Source: an uncultured Phycisphaerales bacterium (GTDB lineage Bacteria > Planctomycetota > Phycisphaerae > Sedimentisphaerales > Anaerobacaceae). From it: DNA of 64,000 bases. The position numbers were made by a program, and so were the translations under genes. The first letter of the stretch is position 1; every line of letters begins with the position of its first letter. Shown piece by piece: positions 42,952 through 53,736 of the stretch. The stretch spans positions 128,001 through 192,000 of the forward strand of contig CAVYYI010000001.1 of the NCBI GenBank assembly GCA_963772725.1, given 5' to 3'. The notes under the pieces were generated by a model. It searched no databases, had not been told where the DNA came from, and saw nothing but the letters and a program-made list of their open reading frames with translations.

Positions 42952-43703
42952 AAAATTATCATTCCCGATTACTTTTTAGCTTTTCCGTTTTGTTCTGAAC
43001 TTCATAGATATATCCTGCGCCTCTTACCGTTTTTATAATTTGCGGATTGTCTGTATCTTCCTCAAGTTTGCTTCTAAGTTTGGCGATGTGCATATCGACG
43101 GTGCGCGTGCCAAGTTCGCACATCGGCTCACCCCAGACTTTTTATAAAGTTCGGTCTCGTGTGATACGACGCGATTGGGATTGGCCGCGAAAAACTGAAT
43201 AATCTGCGCCTCGCGCTTGGTGATTTCCGATGCTCTTCTTTGCGATTGATGATCTTAAGCTTCGCCACATTCGACCTCCCATCGGCCGAACGTGAAACGA
43301 TGCCCCTACCTCCCTGTCCGGATCTGGTACGTCGCAAAATCGCCTCGATGCGGGCAAGCAGTTCTTCGAGCGAAAAGGGCTTTGTAATATAATCATCCGC
43401 GCCGAGGTTAAGGCCCGAGATTTTTTCTTTTTCCTGTCCTTTGGCTGTAAGCATGATAATCGGCGTTTGCAGACCATCCTGCCGCCATTTTGTGCAAAGC
43501 TGCTCGCCGCTGATCTTTGGCAGCATCAGATCGAGCAGAATCAAATCGAACTCGCTTATCCTTGACGACTGTTCGCCGCCTCAAGCCCGTCGGCCGCCTC
43601 AGCGGCCGTATAGCCGTGAAATTCGAGAAAATCCCGCAGCCCGCCGCGAATCTTCGGCTCATCCTCAACGATCAGAAATGCGTACCTTTTGTTCTGTTGT
43701 CAT
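42936..43703 (-). CDS. OmpR-family response regulator (multiple frameshifts)
   Basis: [40 protein letters not shown], spread across frames. Confidence 0.8.
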
Positions 43704-43865
43704 ACCCTAATTATAAATACTTCTTCGGCAAAATGCTGTGTAAAATTATTGTAAAATCGCATCGCATATTATTTACATCCATTTTACTTGGATCCAGCCG
43801 CTCCGCAAGCCATAATTTAAGCAGTGGAAAATAAATATTATCGGTTTTTTTGAAAGGAAAACAAA

Positions 43866-45188
43866 ATGGAAACTTCAAGAAAGATTATGTTAATGCTATT
43901 TGTTGTTTTTTTGTCGGGGACTTTCAGCAGGGCGTTTGCCGCCTCGGTAAAAGTTGACGCCGACCTGGCCAAACTCGTGATGCTCGCCGACAAAAAAGGA
44001 ACCAACTACCTCAAAATTGCCGTTAAAGGCTTGGCTGTCCCCGATATTTGCTGCAAAAGAGCACCGGTTAATATCGCGATAGTCATCGACAAAAGCGGCT
44101 CGATGAGCGGTGAAAAAATTGAAAACGCCAAACAAGCCGCCATCAATGCCATCTGTCACCTCAACACCAGCGACATCGTTTCTGTCGTTACGTATGATTC
44201 TTGCGTTAACGTGGTCGTACCAGCGACACAGGTAACCGACAAGGATTACATCATCCGCAGGATTCAGCAGATAAACGCCGACAGCAGAACCGCCTTATAT
44301 GACGGCGTTTGCACAGGCGCAAAGGAACTGAGAAAATTCATCGAAGAAAATATGGTTAACCGCCTTATTCTGCTAAGCGATGGTCTGGCAAATATCGGCC
44401 CATCCAGCCCGCAGGAACTTGGCAGGCTCGGTGATAAACTCAGCAAAGAAAGAATTTCCGTTACTACTATCGGCATTGGTCTTGGTTACAACGAAGACCT
44501 TATGACTCAGCTTGCCTACAAAAGTGACGGCTCGCATTATTTCGTCGAAAAATCCTGTGGACTCACGAAGATTTTCGACATCATCTTCGGCAATGTAATC
44601 AGCACCGTCGCCCAGGAAATCCAGATAGAAATAAACTGTGCCGCCGGAGTTAGACCCGTGAAACTCCTCGGCAGGCAAGGCACGATTAAAGGACAAAAAG
44701 TTACCGCCTGCATCAGTCAGCTCAACACCCAGAATCAGAAATTCATCCTGCTTGAAGTTGAAGTCCCCGCCGGCGAGGATTGTCAGAGTCAGCGTATCGC
44801 CGATGTCAAAGTAACTTATGATGACCTTTCCTCGCATACCCCAAAAACTACTTGCAAAACTATCGATGTCCGCTTCTCCGATTCCGCCCACCAGGTTGAA
44901 TCGTCCACAAATCGCAGTGTAATGGCTGACGTCGTGGAACTCACCGCCACCCAGCGCAACGAACTGGCCCTCGAACTCAGGGATAAAGGCAGAGCCGAGG
45001 ATGCCCGCAGAATCTTAACAGAAAATGAAAGCTATCTCCGAGGCGGTGCCGTGATGTATGACAGCAAAAAACTTGCCGATTACGCTAAAAGCCAGCGAGA
45101 GGACTGTGATAATATGGATGAAGCGAACTGGTCCAGGCAGCGAAAATTAATGCGAGCAGGGCAGGCCGCAAACAACCTACAGCAGTAA
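43866..45188 (+). CDS. Secreted VWA-domain protein (YfbK-like)
   Basis: Signal peptide, IDKSGSM MIDAS motif, LLSDGLAN. Confidence 0.88.
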   Translation: METSRKIMLMLFVVFLSGTFSRAFAASVKVDADLAKLVMLADKKGTNYLKIAVKGLAVPDICCKRAPVNIAIVIDKSGSMSGEKIENAKQAAINAICHLNTSDIVSVVTYDSCVNVVVPATQVTDKDYIIRRIQQINADSRTALYDGVCTGAKELRKFIEENMVNRLILLSDGLANIGPSSPQELGRLGDKLSKERISVTTIGIGLGYNEDLMTQLAYKSDGSHYFVEKSCGLTKIFDIIFGNVISTVAQEIQIEINCAAGVRPVKLLGRQGTIKGQKVTACISQLNTQNQKFILLEVEVPAGEDCQSQRIADVKVTYDDLSSHTPKTTCKTIDVRFSDSAHQVESSTNRSVMADVVELTATQRNELALELRDKGRAEDARRILTENESYLRGGAVMYDSKKLADYAKSQREDCDNMDEANWSRQRKLMRAGQAANNLQQ

Positions 45189-45228
45189 ACCATTTTCCAA
45201 AAACTTATATCAATCGAAAGGATGAACA

Positions 45229-47010
45229 ATGAAAACCTCAAAAATAAAATTAAAACTTCTGATTCTTGTTCTATGTCTATTTTCTCAAAGCGCACTGGCT
45301 CAGCAGCTTTCGGGGACAATAGAGAAAGTTATTGTCTATCGCGGACAGGCTCTTATCGCCCGCCGGGTCGAAGTTGATTTGCCGCAGGGAACATCCGAGC
45401 TTGTCGTAAACAATCTGCCTGCACAAATTGTCCCGGAAAGTCTTTATGCCCAGACTGACGACAGCTTAACGGTCCTGAGTGTGCGTTATCGCGAAAGGGC
45501 AGTCAAAGGCGATACGAGGGAGGAAGTCCGCCAGCTTGACAAACAAATCAATGAATTAAAAAGCAATCTGTACCATGCCGAAAGAAAGAAACAGCATTTG
45601 GATAATCAGTGGTCAATGTTTATAAGCCTTCGCGATTTCACTGTTACTGCGGAAAAGACTGACCTGAAACAGGGCCTTTTATCCTTTAAGCCGGTTAGCG
45701 AACTTGCAGAATTCATCCAGAAAAAAGGTCAGGAGTATATTGATCAGACTCTCGGATATGAGGACCAGATTGCCGAATTAAAGGAAAACCTCGAACTGCT
45801 CAATCGCAAGCGTGCTGAAATTGACGCGGGCAGGTCACGCAATGAACGTGAGGCTGTCTTGTTTCTTAACAGCCATTCAGGGAAAAAAGCCTCCATATTA
45901 TTAAACTACCTTGTCAATGGTGCTAACTGGGTACCGCAGTATAATCTTCGTGCCAATCCGGAGAAATCCAGCATCCAGATTGAATATAATGCCGTTGTTC
46001 ATCAGGCAAGCGGTGAAAACTGGGATGGCGTCTCTTTAAGTCTTTCAACCGCTGAACCGTCTATGGTTGCCGCGCCGCCGGTACTTGAGCCTATGATGGT
46101 AAGACTTGCTTCTGGTCTCCAGATAACAATAGAAGACGGACCACGTTCTCAAACGCAACAGATGGCAATGGCGCAGAACGAGAAGGGCCAAAGCAAAAGT
46201 GAGTCATTCAAAGCACTTTCGCAATCGCGAATAATTGAATCTAAAAAAGGCAAGGTTGCTGAGAGACGCCTGAATGAAATTGCCAACGAAAATCAGGCGA
46301 TTATATTTAACGCTGATATGAAAGCCGCTGAGGAACTTCAAAAACAGGTCGCTGAAATTACAAGAACAGAAGGTGTCAGCATTACATATCTTTTGCCCGG
46401 CAGACTTTCGCTGCCCAGCAGAAACGACCAGTAGCTTGTAACCATTGCCTCAATACCCACTAAAGCTGAATTTACTTTGCTGGCGACTCCGCTTCTGACC
46501 GATTATGTCTATTTACAGGCCGATATGCTAAACAGCAGTGAAACCGTGCTTCTGCCCGGCGCAGCGAGCATTTTTCGCAACAACGAATTCGTAGGTAAAG
46601 GCAATGTGCCGATAGTTACCATAGGCGAGAAATTTACTGCCGGTTTTGGTATAGATTCGCAGGTGCGTGTTGTCCGTGAGCTTGAGAACAAGCAAACCCG
46701 AATCCAGGGCGGAAACCGCATAGACACATATAACTATCGCATAACTCTTAACAATTATAAAGATACCGAAGTTCCATTGAGGCTCCTTGACAGACTCCCA
46801 TATACCGATGATGCTTCAGTTAAAATAGAGATAGAAAAGACCGATACCGATTTGAGTAAAGACAGCGAATATCAAAACACCGGCCGCAAGAAGGGAATTT
46901 TACGCTGGGACCTGAACCTCAAACCGAAGTCTATTGACCAGACCGCAACCGTTGTTAAGTACAGTTTCACAATGGAATATGACAAGAATATGCATATAAG
47001 CTCACATTAA
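45229..47010 (+). CDS. DUF4140/DUF4139 family protein interrupted by one in-frame TAG (46432-46434)
   Basis: VIVYRGQA, W.PQY, Q.SGENW, LST; the same frame continues LVTIAS...FG.D...W.L. Confidence 0.8.
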
Positions 47011-47054
47011 TTACTCTGATTTTGCGGGAAAATTTTGTATGCCGTGAATAATTA

Positions 47055-47085
47055 GCCCCCGGATTTATTCCGGGGGTTTTTGTTT
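47055..47085 (+). terminator. Intrinsic terminator after the DUF4139 gene
   Basis: GCCCCCGGA-tttat-TCCGGGGGT followed by TTTTGTTT. Confidence 0.7.
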
Positions 47086-47569
47086 ACCTGAGCAAATCCG
47101 TCCTGGGTATCATCGAATGAATCGAACTGTTATCCAGCCTAATTTAATACTCCAGCCACAGCCGGTTTTCGCATATTATCGCAAGGTCATTCATACCGAT
47201 AAATCCGTCACGGTCAATACCGAAACTCGAAATCCCAAACTAATATTATCCGCAGATACTGTCCTGCGAAGTAGTTCGCTGCATAGCACGAGTTAACGCA
47301 GACTGACACAGATTAAAAAAATTAACCCCGGATTAACAAAAGGTTGACGAATGGTCTTTAAAAAGTTAGTATTGCGGAGTGTTGTGAATAACTATATCTG
47401 CAAACTTGAAAAGATGCCTGGCTGACTGGTTCGGCCATTGCTTATACGTAGGCCGAAGAAGAAAAAGGGAAATGGTAATCTGGAGAACGAAAAGCGGTAA
47501 CTGTCCCCATTATTTCAATCAGTCAATTGTTAGCGCTCGTAAGGGAGTGCCAAGGAAAGGACAACATTA

Positions 47570-47932
47570 ATGAACTTTGAAAAAATCTCTATAAAAATTT
47601 CTAAAAACGACCTCAATGTGCAATTTGAGCCAGAATTAATGGAAATTCGTACGATTCCAATTGAAATGATTTTAGATTTTGATGAATTTGGCAAAATACT
47701 CGGCTTAGAAATTATTAGCCTTAAAGCCGTATTAGGAGATGTAGATTTGCAAAGTGTTATAAATAAAAAAAAGATTGATTCACCTGATTTTCATTGTAGT
47801 TATGACGAAGAATGTGACTGTTTTTCTCTACAGCTTTCTAAAGGGCGGTCAATCAATCAAAAAGAAGTTGATGGGACAGTTTCGCTTGATTCTCATAATC
47901 GTGTCGTTGCATTGAATGCCAAGTTTGATTAA
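47570..47932 (+). CDS. Small protein with two DUF2283-like halves
   Basis: ILDFDEFGKILGLEII and YDEECDCFSLQL...LDSHNRVVAL. Confidence 0.5.
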   Translation: MNFEKISIKISKNDLNVQFEPELMEIRTIPIEMILDFDEFGKILGLEIISLKAVLGDVDLQSVINKKKIDSPDFHCSYDEECDCFSLQLSKGRSINQKEVDGTVSLDSHNRVVALNAKFD

Positions 47933-48139
47933 TAGCATCTATCTGTCCCTAACAAAAATTAAATCCGCGAGTTAAAGCGGCAGATTTGATAATATATGGT
48001 AAGCTACGCAAAAGAAAATCTGACACAGGAAAAAATCAGCGACATAAGCGGAATCAGCGATTCCATTTTGGATTGAAGAGGTTTTATGTTATAAGACTTT
48101 TTTATAGTGTCAATCTGTGTTAATCTGTGTCGAGAGTGG

Positions 48140-48391
48140 TTTTTAATACTGAAAATGCAGTTTTTAATGCTTACATTGCAGGAATGATAATTTACATTGC
48201 AGCGATGTAAATTTACATTGAGCCATTGCAGATTTACATTTAGCCAATGTAATTTTGCAGTTAATGGATGTAAATTGACATTGTGCCGATGAAGATTTGC
48301 ATTGGGTCGCTGTAAATCAACAGCTTGCCGCTGTAAATTTGCATTGTCTCGATGTGAACTTGATATGTCGCATATTAAGTGTGGAATGCGA
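48140..48391. repeat. Degenerate 21-bp tandem array upstream of thrS
   Basis: About 12 units resembling CGATGTAAATTTACATTGNNN; the minus frame reads as heptads NxNLxxx. Confidence 0.7.
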
Positions 48392-48578
48392 CAGAGCAAA
48401 TATGAAATTAGGCTTAGCAAGTGTCAAAATGGCAGGAAAAATATGCAAAATTATTCGGACTTAATATCGGTTAAGGGTGGAGATAAAAGGGAGATAAAAT
48501 GGTTGACAAAAGCGAAAGAGGGGTTATATTCATAATAGAAACGCGGCTAAGGTTAATAAGTAAGATTTGGAAAGGAAT

Positions 48579-50496
48579 ATGGCGAAAATAACGTTGCCAG
48601 ACGGCAGTATCCGGGAAGTTTCGGATGGTACGACTGTAAAACAGGTGGCGGAAGGGATAAGTGCCGGTCTAGCGCGGGCGGCGGTAGCGGCGAAGGTTAA
48701 CGGGCAGATGGTTGATTTGTCGGTGCCAATCACGGGGGATTCAGAAATTGTTATAATCACGTCGAAAGACGCAGAGGGAGTGAAGATAATCCGGCATAGC
48801 TGTGCGCATATAATGGCCGAGGCGATATGCAGTTTGTGGCCGGCAGCGAAGCTGGTTTACGGGCCTACGGTCGAAGAGGGTTTTTATTACGATATAGACC
48901 TCGATGAGCCGATACGTCCGACGGATTTTGAACGGATTGAGGCGAAGATGGCTGAAATCGTCAAAGGCGGACAGGCCTTTTGTGCGGAAAGAAATGAGTC
49001 GCAAAGACGCCATGACGAAGATGGCCGGCGATAAATATAAGCTGGATAATATTCAGCGGGCTGAGGGGGAGACGATAAGTTTTTATTCGCAGGGCGATGG
49101 TTTTGAAGACCTTTGCCGGGGGCCACATATTCCTTCGACGGGCAGGTGTGGGAGTTTTAAGATAATGTCGGTGGCGGGGGCGTACTGGCATGGCGACGCG
49201 ACGCAGAAGATGCTTCAGCGGGTGTACGGTACGGCTTGGGCGAGCAAGAAAGAGCTTGATGAATATATTCAACGGCTTGAAGAGGCGAAGAAACGCGACC
49301 ACCGGGTTATTGGCAGGCAGATGGATTTGTTCAGCTTTAATGATGCGGGGCCTGGCTTTGCGTTTATGCATGCCAACGGGATGATTATCTGGAATTCGAT
49401 TGTTGATTTCTGGCGGAGTGTTCATACGAAATACGGTTACAGTGAAATTAAGACACCGATAATTCTTAATGAGGAACTGTGGCATAAGAGCGGTCACTGG
49501 GACAACTACAAAGAGAATATGTATTTCACGGAGATAGACGGTGCGACTTACGCGATAAAGCCGATGAATTGTCCTGGCGGGTGTCTGATTTATAAGTCGA
49601 ATCAGCATTCGTATCGGGAATTTCCGCTGAGGGCGGCGGAGCTTGGTCTGGTGCACCGGCATGAGGCCAGCGGTGTGATGCATGGGCTATTCAGGGTCAG
49701 GCAGTTTACGCAGGATGATGCGCATATTTTCTGCACGCCGGAACAGATTGAGGCGGAGATAATCGGTGTAATCGAATTGACGTTCGAGATATATAAGGCG
49801 TTCGGTTTCGAGGATTTTCATATTGAGCTATCGACCAAGCCGGAAAAGCACATCGGTTCGGATGAGATATGGGACATCGCGACAAACGCCTTAAAAAGGG
49901 CGATGGAGCATAAGAAGATTCAATACAAGATAAATGAAGGCGACGGGGCGTTTTACGGGCCTAAGATAGATTTTCATGTCAACGATTGTTTGAAGAGGTC
50001 GTGGCAGCTTGGGACGATACAGCTTGATTTTTCGATGCCTCAGCGGTTCGGGCTTGTTTATATCGACAAGGATAATACAGAGGAAACTCCTGTTATGATT
50101 CACAGGGCGGTACTCGGCTCATTCGAGAGGTTTATCGGGATAATCATCGAGCATTACGCGGGAAATATGCCGATGTGGCTTGCTCCGGAGCAGGTGAGGA
50201 TTCTTACGATAAGCGAGAAAACCAACGATTACGCCAGGGCGGTTTATGATAAGCTTCGCGGCGGCGGGATTCGCTGCACGATGGATTTATCTGATGAAAA
50301 AATAAACGCCAAGATAGCCAAGGCGCACAGCGAGAGGGTGGCGTATATGCTTGTTGTGGGGCCGAAAGAAGCACAGGATGAGGCGGTGAACGTAAGAATA
50401 AGAGGCAGCAGGGAGAACAAGACGATAAAGAGTGAGGAATTTCTGAGAACGGCAAAACAGAAAATTGCCGATAAAACAATAGATTTGGGATTGTAG
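48579..50496 (+). CDS. thrS: Threonyl-tRNA synthetase (frameshift near 48965)
   Basis: TGS domain, RHSCAH, DLCRGPH, RDHR, KPMNCP, RVRQFTQDDAH, GAFYGPKID. Confidence 0.96.
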
Positions 50497-50574
50497 TCGA
50501 TAGTTGAAAAGCTGTTCGAAATTATTCAATTATCGGGAATAAATAGTTAATTAAGAAAGGTAAGGTGATTAACA

Positions 50575-51090
50575 ATTAGCAAAATAGGATTGAGAATAAA
50601 TGGTCAGATTCGCGCCGAGACAGTTCGGCTGATAGACGAAGCGAATAATCAAGTGGGGGTAGTAGAAAGATACATAGCGATGGGTAAGGCCCGTGAGGCT
50701 GGGCTTGACCTTGTGGAGGTGTCACCGACAAGCGACCCGCCTGTTTGCAGAGTTATGGATTACGGCAAATGGGTTTATGAGCAGAAGCGCAAAGTCAGGG
50801 AAGGGCGAAAAAAAAGCCAGCAGCATAGCGCGGTATTAAAGGAAATCCGGCTGAGGCCTGAGACCGACAAACATGACATTGGAATCAAGGTTGACCATGC
50901 GAAGAAGTTCCTGGAAAAGGGACATAAAGTGCAGTTCACGATGCTGTTTAGAGGTCGGGAAATGCTGCACCAGGATTTGGCGCAGGAGACGCTCAAGGGT
51001 ATTGCCGAATCGCTTGAAGAGGTGGGCAAAATCGAACGAATGGACCGGATGACCAATAAGCGGATGGGTCTGCTGATGGTTCCGAAGTAA
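50575..51090 (+). CDS. infC: Translation initiation factor IF-3 with probable ATT start
   Basis: RINGQI, LDLVEV, PPVC, DYGK, KEIRLRP, FRGRE; in-frame ATT at 50575, 6 nt after AAGGTGA. Confidence 0.93.
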   Translation: MSKIGLRINGQIRAETVRLIDEANNQVGVVERYIAMGKAREAGLDLVEVSPTSDPPVCRVMDYGKWVYEQKRKVREGRKKSQQHSAVLKEIRLRPETDKHDIGIKVDHAKKFLEKGHKVQFTMLFRGREMLHQDLAQETLKGIAESLEEVGKIERMDRMTNKRMGLLMVPK

Positions 51091-51242
51091 TTGTAGCGAT
51101 TTTCCCATCGCAGGGCGGGCAAATACTCCTATTTCTGTTTTTTTACAGAATTTGCATTTGTTATTGACTAACAGGTGTGAAGATGTTAAACTACCCGTTT
51201 CATAATTTTTGTATGTTTCAAAGTCTTTTAAGGAATTATTAA

Positions 51243-51440
51243 ATGCCGAAACAGAAAACCCATAAAGGTTTGGCCAAAAGAGTAAAAGTAACAGGTACCG
51301 GTAAAGTCAGGTTTAAACGGTCTTTTGGCGGTCACCTGATGAGTACGAAGAGCGCAAAGCGTCGCAGACATATTTCGAGTCCTGCGGTTATGTCGGAAGT
51401 ATTTGCCAAAAAGGCGTTAATTAAACTTGGTAAGGACTAA
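51243..51440 (+). CDS. rpmI: 50S ribosomal protein L35
   Basis: MPKQKTHKGLAKRVKVTGTGK; position after infC. Confidence 0.95.
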   Translation: MPKQKTHKGLAKRVKVTGTGKVRFKRSFGGHLMSTKSAKRRRHISSPAVMSEVFAKKALIKLGKD

Positions 51441-51543
51441 GTTTTAGTAAATAACAGGAATGAGGCTTGCTTCTCGGCTTCTCATCAGCTGCCGCCAGTG
51501 AGCCGTAAATTTTTTAACAAATCAAGAGTAAAGGAAAGCTGAT

Positions 51544-51899
51544 ATGACAAGAGCAGTAAAAGGCGCGGGTCGCCGTAAAGCGAGAAAAAGGATAATGAAG
51601 GCGGTCAGCGGGCACCGGGCGCCCCGGGTCATCTGTACCGTTTGGCCAAAGAAGGTTTTGTGCGTGCCGGTGTGAACGCCAGAATCGGCCGTAAAAGAAG
51701 AAAGCGCGAATTCAGGGGTATTTGGATTAGCAGGTTAAATGCCGCATGTAAATTGCATGGTATGAGATACAGCCAGTTTATCGCCGGTTGCAAGAAGGCT
51801 AATATAGAAATTAATCGCAAGATGCTCAGTGAAATCGCAATTGCGGATCCAGCAGGTTTTGATGCTATTTTCGCGAAAGTCAAGGCAGTCGTCGCTTAA
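51544..51899 (+). CDS. rplT: 50S ribosomal protein L20 (frameshift near 51625)
   Basis: MTRAVKG...; RKRRKREFRGIWISRLNAA, YSQF, INRKMLSEIA. Confidence 0.92.
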
Positions 51900-51906
51900 G
51901 GCCAAT

Positions 51907-52347
51907 TTAGCCACAGATTTCACTGATTTCACAGATTAAAAAATGAGTGAATATCAATATGAACAATTAACTGGACAGATTATTAATTCAGCTCATAAGG
52001 TTCATAATGCCCTTGGCTACGGTTTTCTTGAAAAAATATACCACAATGCATTGCTTGTCGAATTAAAAGACCGAGGCATTAAGGTTGAAACTCAAAGGCC
52101 TATAACAGTTTATTATTCGGAACGTATCGTTGGCGAATATTTTGCTGATATTATTGTGGATGGTAAAGTTATCGTTGAAATTAAAAGTGTTGAAGGATTA
52201 AACAGCACTTTTGAGGCTCAATTACTTAATTATCCAAAAGCAACAGGACTTACAGTTGGCCTGATTATTAATTTTGGCCCCTCCGTTCAGGTCAAGCGTA
52301 TGGTATTATAAATTAAATCTGTGTTTATCTGTGAAATCTGTGGCTAA
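51907..52347. repeat. Inverted repeats bracketing the GxxExxY gene
   Basis: 51907-51937 TTAGCCACAGATTTCACTGATTTCACAGATT versus the reverse complement of 52316-52347, TTAGCCACAGATTTCACAGATAAACACAGATT (first 17 nt identical). Confidence 0.85.
51943..52311 (+). CDS. GxxExxY protein
   Basis: VHNALGYGFLEKIY, ADIIV, VEIK, QLLNY, GLIINFG. Confidence 0.92.
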   Translation: MSEYQYEQLTGQIINSAHKVHNALGYGFLEKIYHNALLVELKDRGIKVETQRPITVYYSERIVGEYFADIIVDGKVIVEIKSVEGLNSTFEAQLLNYPKATGLTVGLIINFGPSVQVKRMVL

Positions 52348-52369
52348 CTGAATTCGTGGTTAAGAATAT

Positions 52370-53362
52370 ATGCTCGAACAATTCGATAAAATTGGTAAAG
52401 ATGCACTTGAAGCGCTGAAAAAAGTAACCGATACTTCATCTCTCGAAGAGTTTCGCATAAAATACCTCTCCCGAAAAGGTCTGGTTACGGATATGCTCAG
52501 CCAGATAGGGCGGTTTCCGTCTGAGCTAAAGCCGCAGGCGGGTCAGCTTGCCAATAAGATAAAAAAGGAAGTGACGCAGGCGTTTGAGCAGCTTCGTGAA
52601 GAAGTATCACAAAAGACTGTGAGCAAGTCGCAGGATCTGATTGATATTACGCTGCCGGGGCTAAAGATTAATACCGGCAGGCCTCATGTGATTACTCAGA
52701 CTGTTAATGAATTGCTGGAAATATTCGGCAGGATGGGGTTTACTGTGGCGTACGGGCCGGAGGTCGAGGATGAATGGCACAATTTCATCGCATTGAATAT
52801 ACCGCAGGAGCATCCGGCGAGGGACCCTTTAGATAATTTTTATATCGACGATAAAAGACTTCTTCGCAGCCAGACATCGACAATTCAGATTCGCGTAATG
52901 GAGACAACCAAGCCGCCGATACGTGTGGTCGCTCCGGGAAGAGTTTATCGGCCGGATACGGTTGATGCGCGGCACATGTTTATGTTTCATCAGCTTGAGG
53001 CTTTGGTGGTGGATGAGGGGGTGACAATGGTTGATATGAAGACCGCGATCGACCAGTTTATTCACGCGTTTTACGGTCATGATGTCAAGTGGCGATTCAG
53101 GCCGAGCTTTTTCCCGTTTACTGAACCCAGTGCTGAGATTGATTTGCTTTGGGTTGATAAGGACGGCAAGGAAAGCTGGATAGAGATGGGCGGGTGCGGA
53201 ATGGTTGACCCCAACGTATTTGACGCGGTTGGGATTGACAGTGAAAAATATACAGGCTGGGCGTTCGGTTTCGGCATCGAGAGGCTTGCTATGCGGAAAT
53301 ACGGCATTACGGATATTCGTCTGTTGTTTGAAAACGACCTGCGCTTTCTCGAACAATTCTAA
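52370..53362 (+). CDS. pheS: Phenylalanyl-tRNA synthetase alpha subunit
   Basis: HPARD, LRSQTS, FHQLE, FPFTEPS, GCGMV, AFGFGIER. Confidence 0.96.
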   Translation: MLEQFDKIGKDALEALKKVTDTSSLEEFRIKYLSRKGLVTDMLSQIGRFPSELKPQAGQLANKIKKEVTQAFEQLREEVSQKTVSKSQDLIDITLPGLKINTGRPHVITQTVNELLEIFGRMGFTVAYGPEVEDEWHNFIALNIPQEHPARDPLDNFYIDDKRLLRSQTSTIQIRVMETTKPPIRVVAPGRVYRPDTVDARHMFMFHQLEALVVDEGVTMVDMKTAIDQFIHAFYGHDVKWRFRPSFFPFTEPSAEIDLLWVDKDGKESWIEMGGCGMVDPNVFDAVGIDSEKYTGWAFGFGIERLAMRKYGITDIRLLFENDLRFLEQF

Positions 53363-53504
53363 ATTATTAACCGCAGAGGTTGCTGAGTTCGCAGAGAAAA
53401 AGTTGGACACAGATTTGCACGGAATTTTTTTTAGACACGGATTAACGCCGATTAACACTGTTTTTTGTAGTTTTTGATTGACGAGAAATAGAAAAATATT
53501 AATT

Positions 53505-53732
53505 ATGAGCAAAGAAAGTATGAACCCGCAAGAACGTGCTCCAGGCTGGGACATCCGATGTTTGAAGTGTGGATTTACCGAAGAATGGGGTAAATATGGG
53601 ATTCGTAAATGGGCGGTAGGCAAGAGCTACACAATCGGGTGGTGTTCCAAGTGCCACTGGGTTCGATGTCATGTGATTGAGAAGAAAAAAGCAACCGTCC
53701 GACCAAACACAGATGAGAATAATGGGGGATGA
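53505..53732 (+). CDS. Small zinc-ribbon protein
   Basis: CLKC...CSKC in 75 aa. Confidence 0.5.
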   Translation: MSKESMNPQERAPGWDIRCLKCGFTEEWGKYGIRKWAVGKSYTIGWCSKCHWVRCHVIEKKKATVRPNTDENNGG

Positions 53733-53736
53733 TAAT

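Noticed and set aside
46432..46434. Pyrrolysine or amber readthrough in the DUF4139 gene
   Set aside because: A single CAG-to-TAG change or base-call error explains it; there are no pyl genes here and TAG is used as a normal stop elsewhere (thrS, htrA, acs)
48900..49034. Programmed frameshifting in thrS and other split genes
   Set aside because: Too many unrelated genes are affected and I see no consistent slippery motif; sequencing error is more parsimonious
51460..51510. Possible L20-leader-like RNA structure between rpmI and rplT
   Set aside because: Only short, imperfect pairing (CGGCT/AGCCG) is visible; it cannot be supported without a covariance search
52829..53623. Long antisense ORFs (this 264-aa one, 48961-49683, 44373-44891 and similar)
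   Set aside because: They are shadows of well-supported genes on the opposite strand and have no motifs
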